Assembly: GCF_964194155.1 (NCBI RefSeq)
Contig: NC_135899.1
Span: forward strand, 3,224,001-3,288,000
DNA: 64,000 nucleotides
From: Cetorhinus maximus
Taxonomy: Eukaryota
Direction of reading: 5' to 3'
A model generated the notes under the pieces. It did no database searches, had not been told where the DNA came from, and was given only the letters and a program-made list of their open reading frames with translations. The position numbers and the translations under genes are program-made. The first letter of the stretch is position 1, and each line of letters starts with the position of its first letter. Below, in pieces: positions 12,369 through 24,564 of this stretch.

Positions 12369-13289
12369 TCCTATCTGCCCCAGAAACTGGCTGGAGGCAA
12401 GGACACAAATTTCATCCCAGCTCAATTGAATTTCACACAAACCCTGGATCCCGCCACACCAAAGACGCAGCGTGCCAACATAGGACACTACAGGCCCACT
12501 GGTACACATAAACAGCATTTCAAACAGCTTGAGCATTTGTATTGTCAGGAGAATATAGGTCCTTCCTCATTGGTGACTAATTCAATGTTCCAAATGCAAT
12601 AACTTAACACATTCTTCATCCTCTCACTTGTTGCCATTTGTTTATCTTTTGGCCCGTTGAAATACTGAATTATTCCCAACACACCTTCAACTCAATCTGG
12701 TGCCTATACTGCATGCAGCCGGGATCACTCCAGCAGTGGTACCCCACCTGTTTTCTCTTCCCAAATGCAAGGGAATTAGGGCTTTACTTGACTGAAGCAC
12801 AGGTGACAGAAGTCTGGGATATATTCTCTAAATTCCCTCCCTAAACCACACACCCCGTCTCCTTTAAGATGCTCCTTAAAATCTACCTCTTTAACCAAGC
12901 TTTTTGTCACTTGTCCCAATGTCTCCTTCCTGGGCTCAGTGACAATTTGTGTCTGCTTACACTCCCATGAGGCACATTGCAATGTTTTGCTAGTTTAAAC
13001 ATGCCACATAAATGCAAGCTATTGTGATTGTCATCCACGATGGCTGAGTGGCTCACAGCCTCACCTCTGAGTCTGAAGGCCAGGGAGTTCAAGTCCTCAC
13101 CCACAAAGCCCGAGTACAAAATCTAGGGCCTGATAATCCCAGTGCTAAGGAAGTGCCACACTGTCGGAGATGGTATTTCTCAGGCAAAACGTCAAAGTAA
13201 CCCACTACATCAACTCTGCCCCTCTCTCTTCACTGATGCTGTCAGACCTGCAGAGTATTTCCAGCATTTTCTGTTTGTAGTTCAACAAC

Positions 13290-14290
13290 AACTTATATTT
13301 ATATGGCACCACTCAAGTACTAAAACATACCAGGATGCTTCACAGGAGCATTAGTAAACAAAGTATGACCCCGAGTCGCATAAAGAGCTACTACATCAGA
13401 TGACCGAAAGCTTGTTCAAGGACGTAGGTTTTCAGGAGTGTATTAACGGAGGAAAGCGAGGTTGAGAGGTGTGGAGGTTTAGGGATGGTATTCTAGAGCT
13501 TGCAGCTTAGACAACTGAAGGCTTGACCGCCAATGGTGCAGCAATTATAATTGGGGATGCACAAGAGGCCAGAATTAGAGGAGCAGATACCTCAGAGGGT
13601 TAAGGGGCTGGACATTACAGAGATAGGGAGGGGAGGGGTCTTGAAGAGGTTTGAAAACAAGGATGTGAATTTGTTGCCTGACTCGGAGTCAACATAAGTC
13701 AGCGAGCACTGCGGTAATGGGTGAACAGGACTTGCTGCGTGTTGAGACATGGGCAGCAGAGTTTTGGGTGACCTCATGTTTACGAAGGGTAGAATATTGG
13801 AGAGGACTGTGTTAGAATGGTCTAGAGGTAACAATTGCATAAACAAGGGTTTCAACAGCAGATGAGCCAAGGGGCAAAAGCAGGTGATGTAATGGAGGTA
13901 GAAACAGGCGCTCTTAGTGATGGCAGGAATGCAAGGTCAGAAGCTCATCTCAGGGCCAAACCTGACACCAAGGTTGCGAACAGACTGGCTCAATCTCAGA
14001 CAAGGGAGAGGGATGGAGTCGGTAACTAGGGAACCGAGTTTGGAGCCGGGGTGGGAAACAATGGCTTCAGTCTTCCCAATGTTTAAGTGGAGGAAATTGC
14101 TGCTCATCCAGTACAGAACGTCAGATAAGATGTCTGATAATTTAGCAAAGGTAGAGGAATTGAAAGAGAGAGGTGGTGGCAGCAAAATAGAGCTGGGTGC
14201 CGTCAACGCACACGTGAAAACTAACACCGTGATGTCACCGAGGGGCAGCGTGTAAATGAGAAGTGGGGGGCAGGCGATGGCTGTTCCTTC
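13290..14290 (-). mobile_element. L2-type LINE 3' fragment
   Basis: LSDILSDVLYWMSSNFLHLNIGKTEAIV...VRNLGVRF resembles the L2 RT C-terminal region; degenerate. Confidence 0.75.
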
Positions 14291-14486
14291 GGGGGAAGGG
14301 GGGCATGAGAGATAACGGTGCAGGGGCAGGGAACAAAAGCCCTTGTGAGCAATACTCAGGCTACAATTCCAGACTTCCAGCATTGTTACTTTTGTACTGG
14401 GGGTGAATACGTTTCCTGTGCAGAGTCTGCACCCCCAATGCAATGGATGGATGGTTGGCTGCCTTCCCCCCCCCACTCCTCCTCAC

Positions 14487-14616
14487 CAGTCTCAGGTTCC
14501 TGGCTGCCTGCAAACACCCTGAGGCGGCCCCTGGGCTCACGATCAGTGTCTCTCAGCTCTTCCTCTCCTTGCTGCTCCTCCTCAGGTTCCCAGCTCAGCA
14601 GCTGCGTCTGGTCCAT
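14487..14616 (-). CDS. MDC1: MDC1 first coding exon (MDQTQLLSWE...GRLRVFAGSQEPET)
   Basis: Kozak gccATGG at 14616; resembles human MDC1 N-terminus MEDTQAIDWD...GRLHIFSG, including T4-Q5; donor G|GTGAG at 14487/14486 (phase 1); likely acceptor ttccccag at 14698 upstream of the ATG. Confidence 0.9.
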
Positions 14617-14799
14617 GGCCTCTCCAGGTCAGACATTCACACACTCGCAGATCGCCCACTGAAGTAGATGTTTCATTACAAGCTCACTCTCTGGCACCTG
14701 GGGAAGGACAGGGACTTCTTCAAAACTTCATCACTTCTTTTTCTGCCCCTCCCCCAACTGTTGTCCCCTTTCACCCCCCACCCCCCACTGTTCTCCCCT

Positions 14800-15360
14800 T
14801 CTGCTCATGCGCAAACAGCCCCTTTCCCTCCGCCTGGTCCACTCCCGCGCATGCGCTAACATCGAAACTTCCGATTGGTCCACATCCCCGTCGGTCTAAA
14901 GCCAACCCTCCAAGCTGATTGGCTTTTCGAAAGCGTCCCGCCCCCCCACCTTGCTCCTCTCAGGCCGCGTTCCTCCGCACGAACGGCCGTCCTCCCACCT
15001 ACTCCCGCCCACCCGGCATCAAAGCCGCCCTACAGGATTGGTCGACAGCGCCAACCGTCAAAGCGAAGCGCCAATCGTAGCAGGGAACGTGAGGCGTGCA
15101 ACGAGTTCAGGAGGTCGAGCGTAATGCCTTCCTGGATTGGTCAATTCAAACGGCGAACTAACTTTATCCGTCTCCCGCCAACCGAGCGACACTTCTGTGT
15201 ACTTTTTAATTTACTTTCCTTCATATTTGTTACTCTTTATAAGGAGGGGCTGGGGACGGGTAGTTTGTTTATTTCACGCCTTTCCTCTCTGAATCTTTTC
15301 CCCGACCTCCGCCACCAACGGTCAGATTTTCGCTGCCCGCGCATGCGCGAAGCGCCAGCT
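14800..15360 (-). promoter_or_regulatory. MDC1 CpG-rich promoter region
   Basis: CpG-rich; NRF1-type GCGCATGCGC at 14847-14856 and 15339-15348; CCAAT/ATTGG boxes near 14874, 14918, 15037, 15071 and 15136; CHR-like TTTGAA on the minus strand at 15145-15150. Confidence 0.7.
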
Positions 15361-15549
15361 CTGTTTTTTTGTGTGTGTGTGTGTGTGTGTTGGGGGGCAG
15401 GGGGGAGGGAGGTCCAGAGGAAATCATGTCAGCAATTTTACAAACAGTTCAAGCAAGTTTCTCAAATGCAAGGCGAGCAAAGACCTTCCCCACAATACTT
15501 AACAAGGAGATGCCTTGGCAATTGTTGTATTCACTGTGATCCCCCCTTT

Positions 15550-16740
15550 CTTTTGCACACTGACTATTTTTGCATCATGCATGTCTTGAGACTCAAATCT
15601 TTCCTTCCAGCAGAGACACAAACATTCACAGAAAGGCTGCAGCAGGGCTGCTTTTCCACTTTAGACGATTTCAAGTGCCGTCGTTTTCCTGGGGCTTTAC
15701 CACTGGCAAGACAGTCAACGGGCATGTTGAGCTCTACTGTGGTGGGCTCGCTGTCCACCTCCTCCATGGCAGAAAAGTCTGGACTGGTGCTTCAGTGACA
15801 ACGTTCTCCGTTGCGTAGAGTTCATGAAAGTGCTCCACCCGTCTTTCCATCTGCTTGCTAGGCTCTGAAGAGTCATATGGACTCGAAACGTTAACTCTGT
15901 CTCTCCACAAATGCTGCCAGACCTGCTGAGTTTTTCCAGCATTTCCTGTTTTCAGATTTCCAGCAACCACCATATTTTGCTTTTATATTGTGAATATGGT
16001 GCTTTTTTTTACTGCAAAAGCCACTCCATACTCACGTGTTGGCTCTCTTGAGTTTTCCCCTGCATGAGGAATGTGTAGTGTATCTTTCTTAAGGGATCCA
16101 CTTTGAGTGAGCCTAGTTTCTTGCAGCGCAGCAATGTCTACATGGAGCCTTGTAGGTCCTTTATTGGTAAGGCCAGGACACATTGTCCTTACGTTCCAGC
16201 TTGTGATTCCAAAATATGATATCTTCTTTGTTGGTAAAAGCAAAATACTGCGGATGCTGGAAATCTGAAACAAGAACAGAAAATGCTGGAAAAACTCAGC
16301 AGATCCAGCAGCATCTGTGGAGAGAAACAGAATTAGTGTTTTGAGTCCGTACGACCCTTCTTCAGAGCTTCATTGTTGTGTTTGTCTTGTCTGGTGCATA
16401 GGTTAGCGACCCACCTGTCGAGAGATGACTCTCTATGACCTAAGCACCCGCTGATTTCTGTCCAGGTATACTCCCTTAGCCGCCTTCTCTCCCGAGACAC
16501 CCAAAAGGCAGTGAGGCTATTTACCCATAGCTGGGGATCTGGTTCATGGGTCCCAGGGTGTAACACATGCTGGTGGCCTGTATGCCTGTATGGTGTCTTG
16601 AGGGGCCAGGCCTCTTCCGAGTCCCCTGTGGTAGCCTGGGTCCGTGAGGTACTCAGTTTAAGTATATCACCATGTAGTGGCACAACGTCGGGCTCGCTGA
16701 TGAAGAGGCTATATACTGTCAGGAGAGACATACACACCAG
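15550..16740 (-). mobile_element. RTE-type LINE 5' remnant, interrupted by two Penelope-like repeats
   Basis: SWNVRTMCPGL...VDIAALQETRL...REYGVAFAV (APE endonuclease N-terminus) and KQMERRVEHF...LASGKAPG (EN-RT linker). Confidence 0.75.
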
Positions 16741-16894
16741 GTCCTCTTTTCACAATAGTTATACTGCTAACCAGCTGTGGGAGCTGAAAGCAAGAGATGA
16801 CAAGCAGACTGACCACTACAGACCACCCACTGTATTAACACGCTTATCAGCCGGAGACACATGAACAGTCTCCCATGCAAGACAGTTGCATTCC

Positions 16895-18045
16895 CTTCTT
16901 AAATAAAGGAGACCAAAACTACACAGCACTCTCGGGGTGGTCTCACCCATACCCTGTATAGTTGCAGCAAGACTGCCCTACTTTTATCCCCCACCCACCT
17001 TGCAATAAAGGCCAACATTCCATTTGTCTTTCTAATTTCTTGCTGTACCTGCATGCTAACATTTTGTGATTCATGTACAAGGCCCAGATCCCTCTGTAGC
17101 ACAGCAGTCTGTAGTCTTATTCCATTTAAATGTTTTGTTCTATACTTTTCCTACCAAAATGAACAACCACATATTTTCCCACAGTACATACCACTGCCAA
17201 TTTTTTGCCCACTCACTTAACATATCTATATCCCTTAGCAGACTCCTTAAGTCCTCCTCACAACTTGCTTTCTTATCTATCTTTCTGCTATCAGCAAATT
17301 TGGCTACAATACACTTGATCCCTTCATCCAAATCATTATTATAAATAATTGAGGCCCCAGCATTGATCGCTGTGATGTGACACCCCACAGCTGGTCAACG
17401 TGAAAATAACCCATTTATCCTGACTCTGTTTCCCGTTAGTTAGCCATTTCGCTCCATTCTAATATATCATTCCCAACACCATAAGCTCTTGTGCAGTAAG
17501 CTTTTATGTGGCACCTAATCAAAAGCTTTTTGAAAATCCAGTACACATCTCCTGGTTCACCTTTATTCACCCTGCTGGTTACATCCTCCAAAAGCTCTAA
17601 TTAGTCAAACTCTACTTGACTGTATTTTGATTTTCTAAATGTCCTACTAGTATTTTGTTAATGGATTCCAGCATTTTCACAATGACAGGTGTTAGGCTGA
17701 CTGACCTATAGTTTCTTGCTTTGTGCCTCTCACCTTTCTTGAATGGGGGCATTACATTACAATTTTCCAATCCTCTAGATTAATTCTAGAATCTAAGGAA
17801 TTTTGGAAGATTACAACCAATGCATCCACCATCTCCGCAGCTACTTCTTTTCAAACCCTAGGATGCAGACTGTCGGGTCCAGGAGGCCTGTCAGCCTTTA
17901 GTCCCATTAGTTTGCTTAATATTTTTTCACCAGTGATAATGATTGTTCGAGGTTCCTCCCTCTCTTTTTCCCCGCGATTTTCTATTATTGGGATGCTTTT
18001 AGTGCCTCCTACCATGGAGACAGAAACAAAATATTTGTTCAAAGA
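16895..18045 (-). mobile_element. CR1-type LINE ORF2 fragment (RT region), decayed
   Basis: KLMGLKADRPPGPDSLHPRV, NDLDEGIKCIVAKFADS, LQRDLG motifs with frameshifts. Confidence 0.8.
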
Positions 18046-19244
18046 TTAGATGAGCAAGGATGGGAAGAGGCTCAAGTGTAGCATGACTGGTTGAGCTCAA
18101 CAGCCTGTTTCTGTGCCGCATGTTCTATGGAATCCTATGCAATAATGGATGGGTCTCCCTATAGTTACAGATTTACCCTAAAAAAAGGTATGTATTCCCT
18201 TTGTAATTCAGAATCCTTGGTTGTGATTTCATGCTAGCAGGTGCAAGAAGCAGATGGCCAGGTGGTGGACAAGGGAAACCAAGGGCAGGAAATGGAGACG
18301 GAGAAATGACTTGCAGAGGCCAGAACCAGAGGCTGGAGGAGATTCAATTCAACCAATAACTAATCTCATTTAAGTTGTACTGATGACTAATAGTAAGACC
18401 AGTATCAAATCCTATATCCTTCCAAGGAAAAACCCAAAACTAGGTTGTCCTTTCTTATTATTGCAAAAAAAAACAAGGGAGGAATCTCCACATCACCTGG
18501 AGCCCTCCACAGCAAGGGAGGGGCAACAGCTTCAATCTGGGAAAAGTTACTGAATTCCCAGAAAACAGAATTCTTGTGCTGTTTTACATTAAAGGTCAAA
18601 CATTCTAGAATATTTTAGTGTAGAAGAGGGAGTTAAATTGTTTTAGGAAACACATCCTTGTCGTGCTTATTCTGTCTATGGTTCGATGTTTTTAAATTAA
18701 CATAACCTTTTATTTATTCGTGGGGTATGAGTGTTGCTGGCAAGGCATGCAAATGGTTGCCCATCCCTAGTTGCGAAGGTGGTGGTGAGTGCCTTCTTGA
18801 TCTGCTGCAGTCCTTAGTGGTGTAGATACACCCACAGTGCTGTTAGGGAGTTCCAGGAATTTGACCCAGCAATTTTGCACTAACCCACTACATAAAGTAC
18901 GAGTTCCAGTCTCTTAAAATAACATTTATTTGGTTGTCTACCTGTCCCTGTACTTCAGGTGGGTATTGAAAAATATCTGAATTAAGATCACTGTGCTGGA
19001 TAACAATCCACTCCTAATTTACCTGGTCATTGTCTCAACTTGTGGGATCTTGCTGTGTGCAAAATGGCTGTTTACCTACAATCAGTGCACTTCAAAGCAA
19101 TTATTGCATGCACAGGTCTTTGAGATGTTTGAGAGACAATAAGGTGGTAAGTGACAAAGGTAAATAACAGCAAATATTTTAAACAGGTACTGGCTTATGC
19201 ATGTTCTTATAAGAAAACGATTGTTGAAGCTTTCAACAGAGTCT

Positions 19245-19625
19245 GGGCCTGTATTCTCTGGAGTTTAGAAGAATAAGGTGATCTCATTGAAGCATAGAAA
19301 ATTCTGACAGGGCTCAAAAGGATAGATGCAGAAAGAATATTTCTCCTGGCTGTGGGATCTAGAAGCAGAGGGGTAGACCATTTAGGACTGAAATGAGGAG
19401 GAATTCCTTCAGTCAGAAGGTGATGAATCTTTGGAATTCTCTACCCCAGAAGGCTGTGGACTCTCAATCATTGAGCATATTCAAGACAGAAATTGATACG
19501 TTTCTAGATATCAAAGGATATGGGGATAGTGCGGGAAAATATTGAAATAGATCAGCCATGATCTTATTGAATAGCAGAGCAGGTTAGAGGGGCTGAAAGG
19601 CCTACTCCTGCTCCTATTTCCTATG
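19245..19625 (+). mobile_element. CR1-type LINE 3' fragment
   Basis: CTCTGGAGTTTAGAAGAAT...GGCCTACTCCTGCTCCTATTTCCTATG tail shared with other CR1 copies in the window. Confidence 0.75.
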
Positions 19626-19810
19626 TTGGTGGGTCCTGAGTGTGTAAATTAGTTGCTGCTTCTCCCTGTATTACAACAGTGTACGAAGTTCATGATCAAA
19701 GCAATATGGGACTAAATCAATGCAAGTTCCTTAACAATACTATATGTTCGATGTTTGACTATTTGCTTTTTTTGAAGAAAGGACAATAATAAGTTTAACC
19801 AGGAAATACT

Positions 19811-19816
19811 TTTATT
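19811..19816 (-). terminator. Likely polyadenylation signal of the FAM111-like gene (3' UTR about 2.9 kb)
   Basis: AATAAA on the minus strand at the end of an AT-rich, LINE-poor, UTR-like stretch 19820-22737. Confidence 0.5.
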
Positions 19817-22737
19817 GTGACCAAACTGTGTATACATGAGAGCAGAGTTATAGAATATCCATGAATCCTTGTTACAAATTCAAATACTAGCGCTAAAAAA
19901 AAATCCCAGTTCAACAAAAACACAAGTACCATTCAAGCCATGAACCAGATGTTTATCAAGTGTTTGTGGGTTTTTTTTCTGCTTTTACATAAAGAAAATA
20001 TGGAACTTTTGCCATTTCATACATATAATCTTTGATATTTATCTGCATTTTTTCTCCCCATGTCAGCCACTTGGCCCAGAAATAAAGGCCTTATTCTCTG
20101 AGCCAGAGACTTGGTTCCACCAGCTGTGTGGAGTTATTGCAACAATGATGGGAGTGCTACAACTGGTCACAGTGCCCCTAGGAAGGAAAAATAAATTTAA
20201 ACCAACCAATGGCCAACATACAGCAGCCCATTGCCCCCTGAAAACAGGCTTGATTAGAAGCCGCACGAGGGCAGGTTAGGGCTCGCTGTGATGCCCACAG
20301 TCAGATAGCCTGTCTGCAGTGATAAAAGCATACACATGAATAACATCCACTCATGAAAGTTGGCCTGGAGATTCAGTACATACTCTAGCACTCTGTGTTA
20401 GTATTGCATCAGTGCGTGCTAACTCAACGTGTTTTGATATGCAGAAACAAGCAGCTTTTTTTTTTTGATTTTTGCTTGTTATATGCAGAAGCACTCCAAA
20501 AATAAAACAATGCGTTATTGATAAACATACCAACCAATGTGGTACAGGTCAGAAAAGGCCCAGACAGTGACTGCTTACACATGCTCATGTAGTCGAGCCC
20601 AGCAAAGACCTGCAGTGGAGTTGCCACATCGCCTGTAGCTGAGGTGGTGGTTGGGGTGGGGAGAAGAGGGGGAGTGGTTTCACACTCCTAATTGCTTTCC
20701 ATCAATAGCTGTGAGCAGGCGAATGCATGGGGGTGTTGGAAAACTCTTACCATCAAGCTGTGATACCCCTTCATGGTCATATAGCTCACTGACCTTCCAG
20801 TCCTGACTGACGCACGAACAATAGACAAGTTGAGAATGAGCAGTCGCCTTTTATTTAAACAAAACCAGTTCAGTTGCTTTAGGACTAATATATAAACTGG
20901 GTGGGATAAAGTTGTAGGCCATAAGCCGGCAATGAAATAGTTCTACTAGAGTTCAAATCTTTTTAAAAATGGTGTACGTTATTTCTTCCATTAACTTTTG
21001 ATAAATCATAAATGGAAAATCTTCCTCGCATATCTACGAGTAAATTATAGAGTGAAAGGGGGACCTCCACCCCATTGAAGAGTTTGGCAGCACATGGTGC
21101 AAATGCACAAGATGAAAGCAAAATACTGTGGGCTGTAATACAATGACATTATAATTTGGCACCTTTTTATATTTAAGTCCTCCTTTTTCTGCACAAGCCT
21201 AATTGAAAATGTTTTGTTGCAACAGATATAGTGGACACAAGACCTTATCAAAGGGGGAGGCATGTGAAAGGAAATAAAAAGGGGCCTGTGACCATTTTCA
21301 AAGCTACGTTAGAACTCGGGTTTGCAAACTGGGATTTTTTTTTTAAAAAAGAGGTCCCCAAAGGAAAATTAGGTGATGCGTAAGAAAATGCGTTTACCTA
21401 ATATGGTCATGTTTTTTTTCCCCTGTATTTGCTGAATTACTAGCCAAGCTGTTTCTGTATATGCTAATCTGCCACAGCAGCACTGATTTCCTTGCCACAG
21501 TTAACACTGTCTTTTGGAAGTCTGGGTGGGGTAGGGGACCCCCGAGAATGCAAATGATATTTCCAACGAGCTGTTGGAACAGAAAGTTTTAAAACTACTG
21601 CTGATCTGATACTATTGTCCTTTCAATGCACCATGAAAGAATCCTTAAAAGGGCATTGTCATCAGGTGGAGAGAATACAAAATCTTCTTTAAATTTGACA
21701 ATGAAAAGAGTTTTGAAATAACGCGCAAACCAGTCAGTTTGGGCTTTTGAAATTGGACGCAATGGCATATACGAAGAAATCTTCCAATCAAAAATCTGAA
21801 AATGCAACACAAACAAAATCTCGCACTTGGTCCAGAACTGGCCAAACGCCATTTAAACTGAAGTCATTTTTCTTTATTTTATTGGGGCAAAAAAAAAAAT
21901 CTCAGTTCTCCAAGAGACAACAGCTTAACATGTTACATGGACCAAAGGTTGCAGCTCGAACCCCTCGGTCTCTGACCTGAGTAGAAGCATCGGGCTAAAA
22001 TCAGCCTAAGCACCAGAGCTGGGGAGGGAGTAAATGAAGCCAGGATCCTCGTTCCCGATTGCCAGTGTCAGAAAACTCACAAGGAAAAGAATGGGGCTTG
22101 GCTGTGATCACTGGTGCCCTCAAATACATTTACCATCTGGACTCACACAAGTGCTACTTGACTGAGGATGGAAGGGTGGGGAATGTTGTTACAGAAACAA
22201 GGATTACAGATTTGTAGAGACTGCTCCACACTGATTTCGGGTAAAATAAGAAAGATGTCGTTAGACTAGTCAAAAGACATCCTCCTCGATGATTCCCTGT
22301 TGAATGTTTCCCTAATTCCAACCTAATATTTGAAATAGTGAGGCTCCCACACTTGGAGCAAAGCCTTACAAAAAAACAAAAATAAATCACCCTTTATACA
22401 TTCCCCCTAACATGGAACTCTGCACCGTTTCCAGTCTCTAGCCTCGGGTAAATTTACGCTGTCACCTCACTGAACGAGTTGCTGTATATTTCTCCATTGC
22501 CAGACAACAGCACCCCTAAAAAATACATGCAAGTTAGTGGCTGCTGGCCAAATCTCTGCATTCGAGCAAACTGTGTGGTCAATGGGTTAATTCTTCAGGT
22601 GGGCCCCTTCAAAAGCGAGATTCAATTGTACCTTTTCCATTCATCTGACAGCTTTCTTGGCCAGTATACAGCCCTTCCCACTTTCTTTCCTGAATCTTAG
22701 CTTCGTCTCCCTGATCTGTTCTCTGGCCGTGTACGTT

Positions 22738-24564
22738 TCACTTCAAAGAGTTTTGTAGCGCGACGATGATTTGCTTTGTCTTTTCCGTCGTGGTACCGTC
22801 GTTCTTGCTAATTATATCGTGGAGAATAAGCAGAATGGGTCTTCCAAGTTCAATGTAAAACTTTTCCGGGTCTTTATTTTTCTTGTATGTCTCACCGCCA
22901 CAGTGCAACGCAACTAGGGATCCCTCAGAGTTAAATATCGGCGATCCAGCAGCACCGTAGTGGAATTCTGTTTTGTATGTGATTACATTGGAGTATTTGA
23001 GTCTATTGAAAGCTTGACTCGCAATCAAGACCGTATCATGCGTATAATCTTCAGTATCTTCTCTGGTGATCTCAGATCTTAAGATTTCCACAGGCTGCGG
23101 TGCATAGCCAGCTGCCCTCTGATCACAGGTCACGACCGAGCAAGGGCAGATTTTCTTCTTGTCTCCTTCGGGGTGGCCGGTGATGTAGAGGATGCCGGTT
23201 TTCGGGGGGGTGGCATAGCACTCCATCAGCCCCGGGGCTCCTGGGGAGCTCTCCAGCTCCAGGACAGCATAGTCGAGCATTTGGTCGTAAATCTCCAGCC
23301 AGGCCACCAGCTTCAACGGCTCGCCTCTCTGGCCCTCCTGCTCGTAGCCAAAGAAGACCTCTGCGCAGTCGCGGATTAGAGTGGGCCAGCCGCCGAACCC
23401 GACGGCATTCTCCGTCATCATCTCCACCACGTGGTAGCAGGTGACCACGTACCTGTCCTTCAGGACGAAGCAGGTGCCGCTGCCCTGTGTGGTGGAAGAT
23501 TTCCAGGCGATGCAGCCCACGCTGGAGAGGTGGTCAGAGATGCAGCGGAAAGCCCTGGCCGGCACGGACGACAGGGCCTCTTGGTGGAGCCGGTTCAGGT
23601 ACTGCCTTTCTGACACTTTAGCCAGGTCGGCGTTCCTGGAAACTGACTGCTTGAATTTCAACAGGGAGGCACGGCGGCTCTCCAGGTGCCACTTTGGAAG
23701 CAGATTGCGGCCAGCCTCATACAACTTCCCGTCCAGCTCCTTCTTGGTCATCTGCGCTGCTGACTCCGCAGATTTACTTGCTCTCGGCTTTGGGCTCCTG
23801 CCGTCGTCAATGGCCTTCTTCCTGGGGCCAGTCATCTCGATTTGAAAGCTGCGGTCGTGCAGCGTGTCCACTGTGTTGTTGAACTGGATCTTCCGCGGTG
23901 GGTCCACCTTCTCCAGCAGTTTGTGGGTGTCGTCCTCGATCTTGGAGTCGAAGCGGCCATCGTTGACCAATGTTTCCCGAATGGTCTCGCCCTCGAAGCC
24001 CAGGATGCACAGCTTGGTCTGCCCCTGGGCTATCCGGTCCGCCAGGACGATCCTCTGGGTGGTGTTGCCTGCCATCCTGCCGCTTGGCTCAACGTAGAAG
24101 AGAACGTGGCTCTTGTTACGTGGGTACTCCGGAGGGTGTGGCCGCTCGCCACCGTCGCGATTCTGGCTCCGCAGGAACAGCAGCCGAAAGTGGGAGTGCT
24201 GGGGTAAGTAGCAGCAGAGGATATCGAGGTTCACTAATCCTTTCAGCGGGCCCTCTCCATAGGCAAGGATTGTGTTGTCACTTTTCACCTTCTCTTCAAA
24301 GTCACAGGACGTATTCAACGCGAAGAGCAAGGTGTCACTCGGATCTGCAGCAAACGCATACTGGATATTATCTGGGTCCCCACACACACTGAAAGTGAAC
24401 TCTTTTCTCTGGAAGTTTTGTATCCCACACTTCTTGTTTGCATATTTGTTCCTGAGAATTTTCCCATTCTTCGGACTAAACTCGTTGCTATAGCTGCCCG
24501 GTTGCAGTTTGCTTTCTCCCCATGGGTTACAGTCACCCATCTTCTTGCTTCGAGTGTTCATCAT
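22738..24564 (-). CDS. FAM111A: FAM111-family (FAM111A-like) protein, large terminal coding exon: two ubiquitin-like domains plus trypsin-like domain with catalytic Ser replaced by Ala
   Basis: 608-codon open frame starting right after a ctgcag acceptor; KLCILGFEGETIRETLVNDGRF, GTCF, TCYHVV (His), LDYAVLEL (Asp), ITGHPEGDKK, GAAGSPIFNSEGSLVALH all align by eye with FAM111A/B motifs. FAM111A versus FAM111B orthology is unresolved. Confidence 0.9.
   Translation of the reverse strand: MMNTRSKKMGDCNPWGESKLQPGSYSNEFSPKNGKILRNKYANKKCGIQNFQRKEFTFSVCGDPDNIQYAFAADPSDTLLFALNTSCDFEEKVKSDNTILAYGEGPLKGLVNLDILCCYLPQHSHFRLLFLRSQNRDGGERPHPPEYPRNKSHVLFYVEPSGRMAGNTTQRIVLADRIAQGQTKLCILGFEGETIRETLVNDGRFDSKIEDDTHKLLEKVDPPRKIQFNNTVDTLHDRSFQIEMTGPRKKAIDDGRSPKPRASKSAESAAQMTKKELDGKLYEAGRNLLPKWHLESRRASLLKFKQSVSRNADLAKVSERQYLNRLHQEALSSVPARAFRCISDHLSSVGCIAWKSSTTQGSGTCFVLKDRYVVTCYHVVEMMTENAVGFGGWPTLIRDCAEVFFGYEQEGQRGEPLKLVAWLEIYDQMLDYAVLELESSPGAPGLMECYATPPKTGILYITGHPEGDKKKICPCSVVTCDQRAAGYAPQPVEILRSEITREDTEDYTHDTVLIASQAFNRLKYSNVITYKTEFHYGAAGSPIFNSEGSLVALHCGGETYKKNKDPEKFYIELGRPILLILHDIISKNDGTTTEKTKQIIVALQNSLK

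Noticed and set aside
14875-15798. 307-aa plus-strand ORF as a divergent gene from the MDC1 promoter
   Set aside because: Non-ATG start; runs through CpG island, GT microsatellite and antisense RTE sequence
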